Under the pieces are notes generated by a model that saw only the letters and a list, made by a program, of their open reading frames with translations, was not told where the DNA came from and did no database searches. Position numbers and translations under genes: made by a program. Shown in pieces: positions 1 to 7,503 of a stretch of 39,261 nt of DNA (position 1 is the first letter of the stretch; each line of letters starts with the position of its first letter). This DNA comes from a virus. Location of the stretch: positions 1-39,261 of IMG/VR virus record IMGVR_UViG_3300022670_000245; one strand, given 5' to 3'.

Positions 1-144
1 ACGGAGGCGCATATAGAGGGCTAAGTGAAATGCACAGGACTTTGACATGTAACATGCACTATCTATCCAGAGAGCAAGTAAACTACCATACAAAATGGAA
101 CCAAGAATATTATAACTCTACAGAACCGTCAAACGCAGCAAAGG
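1..144. repeat. Left copy of a 144-bp exact direct repeat shared with the window end (39118-39261)
   Basis: Read base by base: acggaggcgcatatagaggg...caaacgcagcaaagg is identical at 1-144 and 39118-39261. Confidence 0.97.
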
Positions 145-251
145 AAAGAATGGCAGATAGAAAAGTCCCAGAGCTTTATATGTGCAGAAAGATAATGGAA
201 ACGGCAAAAGGGGTTTCAATAGCAATGGGATACGAATTAAAAATGAATTAA
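1..251 (+). CDS. Hypothetical protein, 3' part of the junction-spanning ORF (full ORF 39063->251 across the circle, 101 aa)
   Basis: The frame of track ORF 30-251 is open from the window start. ATG 39063 is in the same frame once 39118 is mapped onto 1. Stop TAA 249-251. Confidence 0.6.
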   Translation, partial: GGAYRGLSEMHRTLTCNMHYLSREQVNYHTKWNQEYYNSTEPSNAAKERMADRKVPELYMCRKIMETAKGVSIAMGYELKMN

Positions 252-262
252 TAACACAAATT

Positions 263-469
263 ATGAAACTAAACAACTGTATGAATTGTGGGACAGAACA
301 ACAATTAGTTGATGTCGATGAATTTTACTGCGAAAGGTGCGGGGCCAAAAACAGCGCCGATGGTTGGTGCGAGCAACCCGACCAACAGGAATCTGAAAGA
401 CAACAAGATTTTTATGACAACGGACACGGCTATAGGGACAAACAAGATTTTGAAAGAGGTAGGTACTAA
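263..469 (+). CDS. Small zinc-ribbon protein (68 aa)
   Basis: MKLNNCMNCG...FYCERCG has two CxxC pairs. Internal ATG 263 chosen because track start 182 overlaps the upstream ORF. Confidence 0.55.
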   Translation: MKLNNCMNCGTEQQLVDVDEFYCERCGAKNSADGWCEQPDQQESERQQDFYDNGHGYRDKQDFERGRY

Positions 470-874
470 ATGAAAACAAAAGCAAAAAAAGGAATAGATA
501 AAAAATTGGACGATGCCTGGTCATTACTTGTAAAGCTAAAGGCCGGAAACAAATGTGAATATTGCGGAAAGACAACAACTTTAAATTCGCACCATATTTA
601 TTCAAGGTCTAAAAAATCAACAAGATGGAGCACTATGAACGGGATTAGTCTTTGTGTACCGCACCACGTTTTTAGCAGTAAATTCTCTGCCCACAAAACA
701 AGCGTAGAATTTACAGAATGGCTATACGATTACAAAGGAAGGGAATACATGGAACTATTGAGATTAAAGGCAAACCACACATCAAAACTTTTCGCATTTG
801 AAAAACAAGTACTATTGGACGAACTTAATAAGGAAATCAAGGAATATACAAAAATATTAAAGAGCTATGATTGA
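470..874 (+). CDS. NinG/Rap-like HNH-type nuclease (phage recombination-associated family)
   Basis: The layout ...NKCEYCGKTTTLNSHHIYSRSKKSTRWSTMNGISLCVPHH... (CxxC, HH, N, CxxHH) resembles the C-terminal half of lambda NinG as I recall it. The ATG follows the upstream TAA directly. Confidence 0.5.
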   Translation: MKTKAKKGIDKKLDDAWSLLVKLKAGNKCEYCGKTTTLNSHHIYSRSKKSTRWSTMNGISLCVPHHVFSSKFSAHKTSVEFTEWLYDYKGREYMELLRLKANHTSKLFAFEKQVLLDELNKEIKEYTKILKSYD

Positions 875-1520
875 ACTGACCAACGAGGACAATATGGCTT
901 TAATGGCTCGTTATCCAGACAACCATTTTGATTTGGCTATTGTAGACGTTCCTTATGGCATAGGGTTTGGTGAATTTAACAGGACTAATAAAACAAGTGA
1001 TGGAACTAGGGTAAAAGCTAATAAATATAAAAATGGAGATTGGGATAATGAAATACCAAAAGATGAATATTGGGATGAATTATTTAGAGTTAGTAAAAAT
1101 CTAATTGCATGGGGCGGCAATTATATTCCTTATTTATGGAAAAATGGATGCAAGGGATTTATTTATTGGCACAAAGGAAATCCAGTTCCTAATTTTTCAG
1201 ATGGTGAGTTGGCGTGGACTTCTTTCAATAGACCGGCAAAACAAATAAACTATAGGTATTACGGTAATTTAGAAGGCAACACAGCGGCAAGTGATAAAAT
1301 ACATCCAACCCAGAAGCCGATACAATTATACGAATGGCTATTAATGAACTACGCCAAAGAAGGCGACAAAATACTGGACACCCATTTAGGAAGCGGGAGC
1401 ATTGCAATAGCTTGCCACAATCTGAAATTTGATTTAACGGGATGCGAACTGGACAAAGAATACTATGACGCAGCCGTTAAAAGACTTAAACAGCACCAAT
1501 CACAATTAACAATGTTCTAA
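867..1520 (+). CDS. DNA methyltransferase, beta-class N6A/N4C type (probably N6-adenine)
   Basis: Motif IV D-V-P-Y (DLAIVDVPYG) lies N-terminal to HPTQKP and AdoMet motif I (ILDTHLGSGS). The order IV->I indicates beta class. Confidence 0.85.
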   Translation: MIELTNEDNMALMARYPDNHFDLAIVDVPYGIGFGEFNRTNKTSDGTRVKANKYKNGDWDNEIPKDEYWDELFRVSKNLIAWGGNYIPYLWKNGCKGFIYWHKGNPVPNFSDGELAWTSFNRPAKQINYRYYGNLEGNTAASDKIHPTQKPIQLYEWLLMNYAKEGDKILDTHLGSGSIAIACHNLKFDLTGCELDKEYYDAAVKRLKQHQSQLTMF

Positions 1521-1521
1521 A

Positions 1522-1788
1522 ATGAAACTAAGAGACCCTAAAAATCAAGCAGAAGAGGCCGTACACGCAATGCTGGAAACTAAATATGTTGTCGCCCTAG
1601 TACTTCACGGCCACCCATATTGGATAAGTAACGTTCCGGGGGCAATGTTCCAAGCAAAGAAAAAAGGCTACGACATAGATATAAAGGAAGAGGAAAGGGG
1701 AAACAAATGGGGGAGAAGGATAGATATTGGAAAATGGTTTTTAGTTAACCGTAAAGAAGCATTAAAAAAATACGAAGATGAAGTATGA
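1522..1788 (+). CDS. Hypothetical protein (88 aa)
   Basis: Track ORF, tightly packed in the + operon, no recognisable motif. Confidence 0.6.
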   Translation: MKLRDPKNQAEEAVHAMLETKYVVALVLHGHPYWISNVPGAMFQAKKKGYDIDIKEEERGNKWGRRIDIGKWFLVNRKEALKKYEDEV

Positions 1789-2371
1789 AAAATCAAATAA
1801 GAAGAACCTTAAATTTATCTACGACACTTGTATAGAATCAATGAACATAGATTTGCGCAAAAGAACAAGGGTATCAAAATACGTAAGGGCAAGATTGATA
1901 TATTATAAAATAGCAAGAGAAAATACATTTTGTTCCTTGGCAGAAATAGGGAGCCTTGTACATACAGACCACGCAACGGTAAGATTTAACCTTGAAAAAT
2001 TCGACGCTGACATTATGGGAAATGATTTTCTGTTCAAAAGATATAAGGACATCAACGAAGTGTGTTCTACCCAGGCAAACAGCAAATCTCCGTCCATAAT
2101 ACACGGGCAAAGGAAAAAGATAAATATCTTGATAGATGAAAACACAAGACTCACTTCTAAAATAAGAAGCCTGAAAATAGAACTTGACAAATCAACAGAG
2201 GGAGGTCTTGAAGAAAAATTAATCCATGAATTTAGACTACTACCGTTCAGTAAAAAAATGGATGTAATATCAAAAATACAAACCACAAGAAAAGTATATG
2301 AAAAATTTAGAGATTCGCAAAAAGACGTTCGCCACAGAGATAGCGGTGTTCAAAGAGAGGCACGACAGTAG
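1778..2371 (+). CDS. DnaA domain-IV-like HTH DNA-binding protein with coiled-coil C-terminal half
   Basis: RKRTRVSKYVRARLIYYKIARENTFCSLAEIGSLVHTDHATVRFNLEKF matches the DnaA C-terminal pattern (R..aR.ia.Yl.r....sl.eIG.....DH.TV) from memory. Confidence 0.55.
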   Translation: MKYEKSNKKNLKFIYDTCIESMNIDLRKRTRVSKYVRARLIYYKIARENTFCSLAEIGSLVHTDHATVRFNLEKFDADIMGNDFLFKRYKDINEVCSTQANSKSPSIIHGQRKKINILIDENTRLTSKIRSLKIELDKSTEGGLEEKLIHEFRLLPFSKKMDVISKIQTTRKVYEKFRDSQKDVRHRDSGVQREARQ

Positions 2372-2576
2372 CCTTTTAAAGGAGTTCTATGAACATTGGA
2401 CGGCAATGAACCCGAACGGCAGAAAGATGCTCTTTGAGAAGGCCAGGGCAAAAGGGGTCTTTCATGTCGGCAGGAGATTGGGAACATGGGCAAAAAACCA
2501 GAAGTTATGGAACAAACCACAGACAGGCAAAATGAACGCAGGAGAAATTATAAGACAACAATATGGGCTTACTTAA
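2298..2576 (+). CDS. Hypothetical protein (92 aa; start uncertain)
   Basis: Track ORF. The first ATG overlaps the upstream gene by 74 nt. An in-frame GTG at 2346 would shorten the overlap. Confidence 0.45.
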   Translation: MKNLEIRKKTFATEIAVFKERHDSSLLKEFYEHWTAMNPNGRKMLFEKARAKGVFHVGRRLGTWAKNQKLWNKPQTGKMNAGEIIRQQYGLT

Positions 2577-3186
2577 TATAGATTCACTTGTTCCAATCAA
2601 GGCTATCCCCGAACAGGACTTTAATAGGATAGTACTAACAGAGTTATCTATAGTTATAGGTGGTTTGCTATCACTTACAGGTGAAACATCGGCAGAACGC
2701 CTTAAAACAGCCTTAAAGTCCATTAAAAACCATTGTGGTTCGATGAACTTTCCCGAAATAAAGAAAATGTTTGAATTGTACGCCGATAACAGACTGTCAA
2801 TAGAGCCGATACCAAACTATTTTGACCGGATACTTTTGGGAAAAATAGTAACGGCCTACCGGATGAACCAAAGACAGAACGACACCAAGACAGAAAGTTA
2901 CCAGAGCGAAAAAGAGGACAAGGATTTTACATATTGTGTATTGGCCTTCGATTACCATGTACAAAACAAAGCATTACCGGATGAAAGCGTATGGTTATTT
3001 GAATATCTCCAGGAATTCAAAAAAGTTGTGGAATTCACCAAAAAACAAAAAAAGACCAAATACAATATTGCAATAGAAAAATACAAGGACAAGGAAACAG
3101 CCGTATTAAAATCAAAGTTATCATTGGTAGAGGACTTTTTTAATAACATAATAGCAAAGGGAAACCACATAAAAAATATGATATGA
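2563..3186 (+). CDS. Hypothetical protein (207 aa)
   Basis: Track ORF, 14-nt overlap upstream, ATGA overlap downstream. Confidence 0.65.
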   Translation: MGLLNIDSLVPIKAIPEQDFNRIVLTELSIVIGGLLSLTGETSAERLKTALKSIKNHCGSMNFPEIKKMFELYADNRLSIEPIPNYFDRILLGKIVTAYRMNQRQNDTKTESYQSEKEDKDFTYCVLAFDYHVQNKALPDESVWLFEYLQEFKKVVEFTKKQKKTKYNIAIEKYKDKETAVLKSKLSLVEDFFNNIIAKGNHIKNMI

Positions 3187-3386
3187 AAGAGGAAAAAAGA
3201 AAGGAAAGGTGCTATAATTGTAAATATTCTGGGCACCAATTTAAAATAGGCAGACTAACCCACTTACATTGCCAACATGAAGAAGCAACAAAAAAAATCG
3301 AATCGGCTTGGGAAACTTTAAGGGTTTTCAGCGACACCTGTCATTTACATGAATTTAGAACAAAAAATTTAACCAAAGACATATAA
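3183..3386 (+). CDS. Small Cys/His-rich protein (67 aa)
   Basis: CYNCKYSGH...HLHCQHEE...DTCHLHE. ATGA overlap with the upstream gene. Confidence 0.55.
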   Translation: MKEEKRKERCYNCKYSGHQFKIGRLTHLHCQHEEATKKIESAWETLRVFSDTCHLHEFRTKNLTKDI

Positions 3387-3388
3387 CA

Positions 3389-3661
3389 ATGACACCGGAA
3401 GAAGAAAAAGCAAAGGAATTGATTGAAAAGTTTAAGAAATACTCTGAGCATGATTGGTTGGCCGCAGGATATTCTGAATATAAACCCGTTGAAGAAGTTA
3501 TTTTATTACAAGCTAAACAATGCGCTCTTATATGTGTTGAAGTGATGATGGAATTTTTAAATGCAATGAATGTAGCCACGTCTATTGATATAGGGCGCGG
3601 CTATATGGATGATGATATAAAAGAATGGCAACAAGTAAAATCAATTATAGAAAAACCATGA
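3389..3661 (+). CDS. Hypothetical protein (90 aa)
   Basis: Track ORF in operon context. Confidence 0.6.
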   Translation: MTPEEEKAKELIEKFKKYSEHDWLAAGYSEYKPVEEVILLQAKQCALICVEVMMEFLNAMNVATSIDIGRGYMDDDIKEWQQVKSIIEKP

Positions 3662-3864
3662 AAGCAAGATTGTTAAAAAAAGTAAGACGCAGAGTTCATC
3701 TATACAAGCGCAACAAAAAGTTTTATGTAAAAACAGCATCAGCTTGGTTTAATTATACTGCTAAATTTGAAAACAAAAAAGACGCACGAAGCTATTATGT
3801 AGGTGCTATTATTGGAGAAGCGAAAGAAATATTCGGATTTAGACCAAAAAGTAAAATATTATGA
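3658..3864 (+). CDS. Small basic protein (68 aa), N-terminus paralogous to 5188-5469
   Basis: ATG 3658 forms an ATGA overlap with the upstream stop. MKARLLKKVRRRVHLY compares with MKAKHFKKLRQKVDWY. Confidence 0.55.
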   Translation: MKARLLKKVRRRVHLYKRNKKFYVKTASAWFNYTAKFENKKDARSYYVGAIIGEAKEIFGFRPKSKIL

Positions 3865-3980
3865 AAACAACACCAGACTGGACAAAGGAAAGAAAGAACC
3901 TGATAACGGGGTGGAGATATATGGCAAAGCAACGGCCAAACAAAACGAAATCGGATAAAAGGAAAAGCGAATTTTATTAA
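3861..3980 (+). CDS. Possible micro-ORF (39 aa, basic)
   Basis: ATGA overlap with the upstream stop. MKTTPDWTKERKNLITGWRYMAKQRPNKTKSDKRKSEFY. Below the track cutoff, translated by hand. Confidence 0.3.
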   Translation: MKTTPDWTKERKNLITGWRYMAKQRPNKTKSDKRKSEFY

Positions 3981-4002
3981 ACAGCAATTAAACACAAATA
4001 AG

Positions 4003-4194
4003 ATGTCTAAATTAACAAGCTTAACAATTAGAGCAACTGAAAACGGGTTTTTAATCGGTGAAGATTCCATCAACAGAATGACCCCGACCATTGGGAAAGA
4101 ATGGAGTTTTGAAACATTTGGCGGAATGTCAAAATTTCTAAAACAAAATATGAAGCAACCAATAAAAAAGACCACCCCTGAAGATGGCCTTTAA
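4003..4194 (+). CDS. Hypothetical protein (63 aa)
   Basis: Track ORF. Confidence 0.5.
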   Translation: MSKLTSLTIRATENGFLIGEDSINRMTPTIGKEWSFETFGGMSKFLKQNMKQPIKKTTPEDGL

Positions 4195-4284
4195 CCTTGA
4201 ATATCCATAATAGCATTTAAGTATTGCGGTTCGTTCCGCCAGTGCAAAGATACGTTATTTATAATTAATCTAAATAAGAAACTT

Positions 4285-4581
4285 ATGAGCAAAGAAGCTG
4301 AATTACGGGCTAAAATTAAAAATTTTGATAAACCTTATGAGTTTTGGAAAAAATGGATACATAAAAACGGCGCTAAATATAACGGCAAAGAATATTGTTT
4401 AGAGGAAATTTGGGCTTTCGCAGAAGACTACCACCAATCCAAGTTAAACGAGGTGAGCGAAGAAGATATAGGAAAATATCAGCGAGAATGGAGTACAAAA
4501 AATTTACCAAATGGCAATTCATTTGCACAAAGTAGAGTGTCGTTTGTAATATATGTACTAAACAAACTAAAGAAAGGATAA
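4285..4581 (+). CDS. Hypothetical protein (98 aa)
   Basis: Track ORF after a 90-nt gap. TAATG overlap with the next gene. Confidence 0.65.
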   Translation: MSKEAELRAKIKNFDKPYEFWKKWIHKNGAKYNGKEYCLEEIWAFAEDYHQSKLNEVSEEDIGKYQREWSTKNLPNGNSFAQSRVSFVIYVLNKLKKG

Positions 4582-4874
4582 TGGAAAAATACATAGTTTA
4601 CTGGATGATTACAATGCTTACAACAACGCACCTACAAATTGATATTGATAAATTTGGATTTGAAAACCGGGTATATGTCCAAGACGAGGTTAAAAAAGAA
4701 ATGTGCCAGGAGTTTGACAACTTAAATGAAGCTACAGTTTTCTATTCAGAGGTAAAGAAAAAACAAGAACTACTAAATATAACGGGTCGATTCTCTTTTA
4801 TCAATAATACTTTTGACTCAATAGATTATAGTTCCAATGGAACAATAGACACGGTTTATATTAAAATAAAATAA
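4581..4874 (+). CDS. Hypothetical protein (97 aa)
   Basis: Track ORF, 1-nt overlap upstream. Confidence 0.6.
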   Translation: MEKYIVYWMITMLTTTHLQIDIDKFGFENRVYVQDEVKKEMCQEFDNLNEATVFYSEVKKKQELLNITGRFSFINNTFDSIDYSSNGTIDTVYIKIK

Positions 4875-4879
4875 ATATT

Positions 4880-5191
4880 ATGGAACTGACTAGGAAAGCG
4901 AGAATTGCATTTGAGAAGTGGTACAATGAAGAATATTTCTTTGGAGTTGAATTAGCTTACATAGAATTTGATTCCTTAACTAAAAAAAGTATGCAATGGG
5001 GCGTATATGTGGATTGGTTCGCTAGTGTTGGAACTGGTGTTGCTATTGTTCCGCATCACCTGAACACGGGCAAAATAGACAGATGGGACTATGATGTAGA
5101 CGATTGTGCTTACCGACAATTTACAGAAACAAAGGAAGAAGCCAGGGAAGAAGCAATAAAACAAGCTAATTTAATATACAATGAAAGATGA
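4880..5191 (+). CDS. Hypothetical protein (103 aa)
   Basis: Track ORF, ATGA overlap downstream. Confidence 0.65.
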   Translation: MELTRKARIAFEKWYNEEYFFGVELAYIEFDSLTKKSMQWGVYVDWFASVGTGVAIVPHHLNTGKIDRWDYDVDDCAYRQFTETKEEAREEAIKQANLIYNER

Positions 5192-5469
5192 AAGCAAAAC
5201 ATTTCAAAAAGTTAAGACAAAAAGTAGATTGGTATGATGTAGAGGCTACAGGTGCTCTTTTTGGAACTTTCTCGGGATTTATGGGTGGGGAATTCATTAC
5301 AGTGCTGGCCACGGGTTATAAGAATGCATGTTTAAGGGCTTGTAAACGGGGATATGGCAGGGAGCATTGGGGAATGTTTAATGTAACCACTGAGAAATGG
5401 GCAAGGTTTGCGGTAAAACTATCTTCAAAATCAAATCATTGGAGAAATATAGCCTATAGAGGCAATTAG
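5188..5469 (+). CDS. Small basic protein (93 aa), N-terminus paralogous to 3658-3864
   Basis: MKAKHFKKLRQKVDWY... ATGA overlap upstream. Confidence 0.6.
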   Translation: MKAKHFKKLRQKVDWYDVEATGALFGTFSGFMGGEFITVLATGYKNACLRACKRGYGREHWGMFNVTTEKWARFAVKLSSKSNHWRNIAYRGN

Positions 5470-5499
5470 AGTTAACAGGAAACCACTTAAAATAAAAAG

Positions 5500-5781
5500 A
5501 TGAAAATAGATAAAAAACTTTACGAAGAATTAAAAGAATCTTTAACAGTGCACCACGAAGGGGGAAGTATCACAGAGCCATTATATGATGAGCTAAAAGA
5601 CGTAATAGAAATTATCCTAAAATCAAAGTTGACAGGAAGCCTCTTGTATAAATTTTGGCAACGAACATCAGACGCATGCCCATTAGAGATTGGGCAAGCA
5701 GAAGAACAAGAAATGAAATTTAAGGAATGGACAAAAACTTTAGAAGTAGAGTTAACAGATAAAGCAATAAAGAAACAATGA
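5500..5781 (+). CDS. Hypothetical acidic protein (93 aa)
   Basis: Track ORF. Confidence 0.6.
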   Translation: MKIDKKLYEELKESLTVHHEGGSITEPLYDELKDVIEIILKSKLTGSLLYKFWQRTSDACPLEIGQAEEQEMKFKEWTKTLEVELTDKAIKKQ

Positions 5782-5948
5782 AAAGCCCTTATAAGACAAG
5801 AAGTATTTATTTGAAAGGAATTAATCCTGTTTGTATTTTCGTACACAATTTATCGTATAACAATACTCATATTCAAGACCATTCTGTTAATAATTCTAAA
5901 TTCGTTGGCGAAATAGGAGTATGGCACATTAAATACAAATATAAATGA
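5778..5948 (+). CDS. Possible small ORF (56 aa)
   Basis: ATGA overlap with the upstream stop. MKSPYKTRSIYLKGINPVCIF... translated by hand. Confidence 0.35.
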   Translation: MKSPYKTRSIYLKGINPVCIFVHNLSYNNTHIQDHSVNNSKFVGEIGVWHIKYKYK

Positions 5949-6024
5949 AACCAATTGTTATTTAGAGCCATTCCAAATAAGGATTTAATAGGGTAATTTT
6001 TTGTACCTTTAACTTAAAACAAAC

Positions 6025-6186
6025 ATGAAACTAATAGATGTCATATACGACCACCACGAAATGACCGAAACATCAATACATTCTATAATCACTGCATTAG
6101 GTAGACACGTAGTAAGAATAACGGACGAAACAGGATGTATTACCGCTCAATATAGATTTGAATTTAACAAGGAAATGCTTAACTGA
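6025..6186 (+). CDS. Possible small ORF (53 aa)
   Basis: MKLIDVIYDHHEMTETSIHSII... Its TGA overlaps the ATG of the next gene (TGATG). Confidence 0.35.
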   Translation: MKLIDVIYDHHEMTETSIHSIITALGRHVVRITDETGCITAQYRFEFNKEMLN

Positions 6187-6419
6187 TGAAAAACAAAGGG
6201 TATACAGAACACTTGCACAAACTTAATACGCGCAACCCCGTTGATATTATCGAATGGGTAGATGCCGTTTATCCAATAGTTAAAGGGATTTGTTATTACG
6301 AGGATAAACAGCTTAAAACAAAAGACCCCACAAAAGCAACTTTCTATTTTGACCCACTTCATTCGGTCATTGAAATACGTATAAAAAACAACATCGAAGA
6401 AGAAGAATACACAGGATGA
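6186..6419 (+). CDS. Hypothetical protein (77 aa)
   Basis: Track ORF. Confidence 0.55.
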   Translation: MKNKGYTEHLHKLNTRNPVDIIEWVDAVYPIVKGICYYEDKQLKTKDPTKATFYFDPLHSVIEIRIKNNIEEEEYTG

Positions 6420-6446
6420 GATACACCGATAAACAAAAGAAAGACC

Positions 6447-6758
6447 ATGAACAAACAAAAATACTTAGAATGCCTATTATATGTTGAGCAATATCATAAG
6501 CATATAATAGACGAGGCGGTAAAAGCCAAAAAACTTACAGGCACGAACATACTCATTTGGTGTAGCGATATGAGGTCAAAAGGCAAAATGTCAACTAGAT
6601 TGTTTAACTGCATAAGAGCTGCACACGCCTACCACGACTCTCCTATTTGTTATTTAGAAGACCAGACAGGGCTTAAGGTGCTTAAATATAGAAATATTGG
6701 ACAGAAGGGGCGGTTAGAATTCGAAGAGCTAAAAAAAGAAACACTACAACATGCATAA
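6447..6758 (+). CDS. RNA polymerase alpha-subunit C-terminal-domain-like (helix-hairpin-helix) protein
   Basis: MSTRLFNCIRAA...LKVLKYRNIGQKGRLEFEELKK parallels the E. coli alphaCTD segment LTVRSANCLKAE...LLKTPNLGKKSLTEIKDVL (from memory). Confidence 0.5.
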   Translation: MNKQKYLECLLYVEQYHKHIIDEAVKAKKLTGTNILIWCSDMRSKGKMSTRLFNCIRAAHAYHDSPICYLEDQTGLKVLKYRNIGQKGRLEFEELKKETLQHA

Positions 6759-6799
6759 ACTAGACGAACATATAGACGCTATAGTAGATACAATAAGAC

Positions 6800-7258
6800 A
6801 TGGCAGCACCTGAAGGGAATGAATTTTGGAAAATAGCAGACCATTCTAGTCAAAACTTAGCATTTGATTCTCCAGAAGAGCTTTGGGATAAAGCAATGGA
6901 GTATTTTGAATGGTGTGACTCCAACCCGTTAAAAGAAGAAAAATTATTCCATTTCCAAGGAAACATTACTAGAGAAACCGCAAACAAAATGCGCGCGTAT
7001 ACCCAAAAAGAGTTCTGCTTATTCATAGGGGTCAATGAAGTTTATCTTAGTCAGTTTGACGAAGGTAAGATGGAAAGGCATAAAGATTACGCTAAAGTCA
7101 TAGCGCGCATACGCGATGTAATCTATACTCAAAAGTTCGTAGGTGCAAGCGCCGAACTACTGAATCCCAATATAATAGCGATGGAATTAGGTCTAAAATC
7201 AAGGACAGAAATGACCGTTGAAAAGATAAAACCTATATTAACTAAAAGAAAGGAGTAA
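6800..7258 (+). CDS. terS: Terminase small subunit
   Basis: N-terminal ...FDSPEELWDKAMEYFEWCDSNP...AYTQKEFCLFIGV... and C-terminal ...NPNIIAMELGLKS match the small-terminase pattern common in Bacteroidota phages. The gene sits just upstream of terL. Confidence 0.7.
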   Translation: MAAPEGNEFWKIADHSSQNLAFDSPEELWDKAMEYFEWCDSNPLKEEKLFHFQGNITRETANKMRAYTQKEFCLFIGVNEVYLSQFDEGKMERHKDYAKVIARIRDVIYTQKFVGASAELLNPNIIAMELGLKSRTEMTVEKIKPILTKRKE

Positions 7259-7503
7259 TGGTTGGTGTTTTCCTCTCGTCTATATCTAAAATAGGTGAGA
7301 GGTTTTTTTGGTCTCCACCGTGTGTAGACATATGCCTCAACCCCTATAAACGTTACAAAGTTGAAAATGTTAAAATGGAAGATATTGATGAATTTAAAAT
7401 TATACATCCCATAGAGATTGTGGTGTATTCTTTAGAGTGGTGTAATTACAATACAGAAACCAAGAAGTTCAATATTGGCTACATGAAACATTTATTAAAT
7501 TAA
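7258..7503 (+). CDS. Hypothetical protein (81 aa) between terS and terL
   Basis: Track ORF with TAATG overlaps at both ends. Confidence 0.45.
   Translation: MVGVFLSSISKIGERFFWSPPCVDICLNPYKRYKVENVKMEDIDEFKIIHPIEIVVYSLEWCNYNTETKKFNIGYMKHLLN

Noticed and set aside
182-262. Upstream extensions of track ORFs (e.g. 182-469, 3625-3864, 37570-38208, 38781-39050, 30350-30658) and TTG/GTG-initiated track starts (19728, 30967, 33426, 34028, 34767)
   Set aside because: Internal ATGs give 1- or 4-nt stop-start overlaps, the dominant junction type in this genome. The extensions would overlap the upstream gene extensively.
4226-4239. GCGG-ttcgtt-CCGC hairpin resembling a tRNA T-arm in the 90-nt gap before 4285
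   Set aside because: It has only a 4-bp stem and a 6-nt loop. No acceptor, D or anticodon arms can be built from the flanks. I found no tRNA anywhere in the window.
6183-6189. CTGATGA, the hammerhead ribozyme core heptamer
   Set aside because: It is simply a TGATG stop-start overlap between two ORFs. There are no flanking helices and no GAAA element in the proper arrangement.
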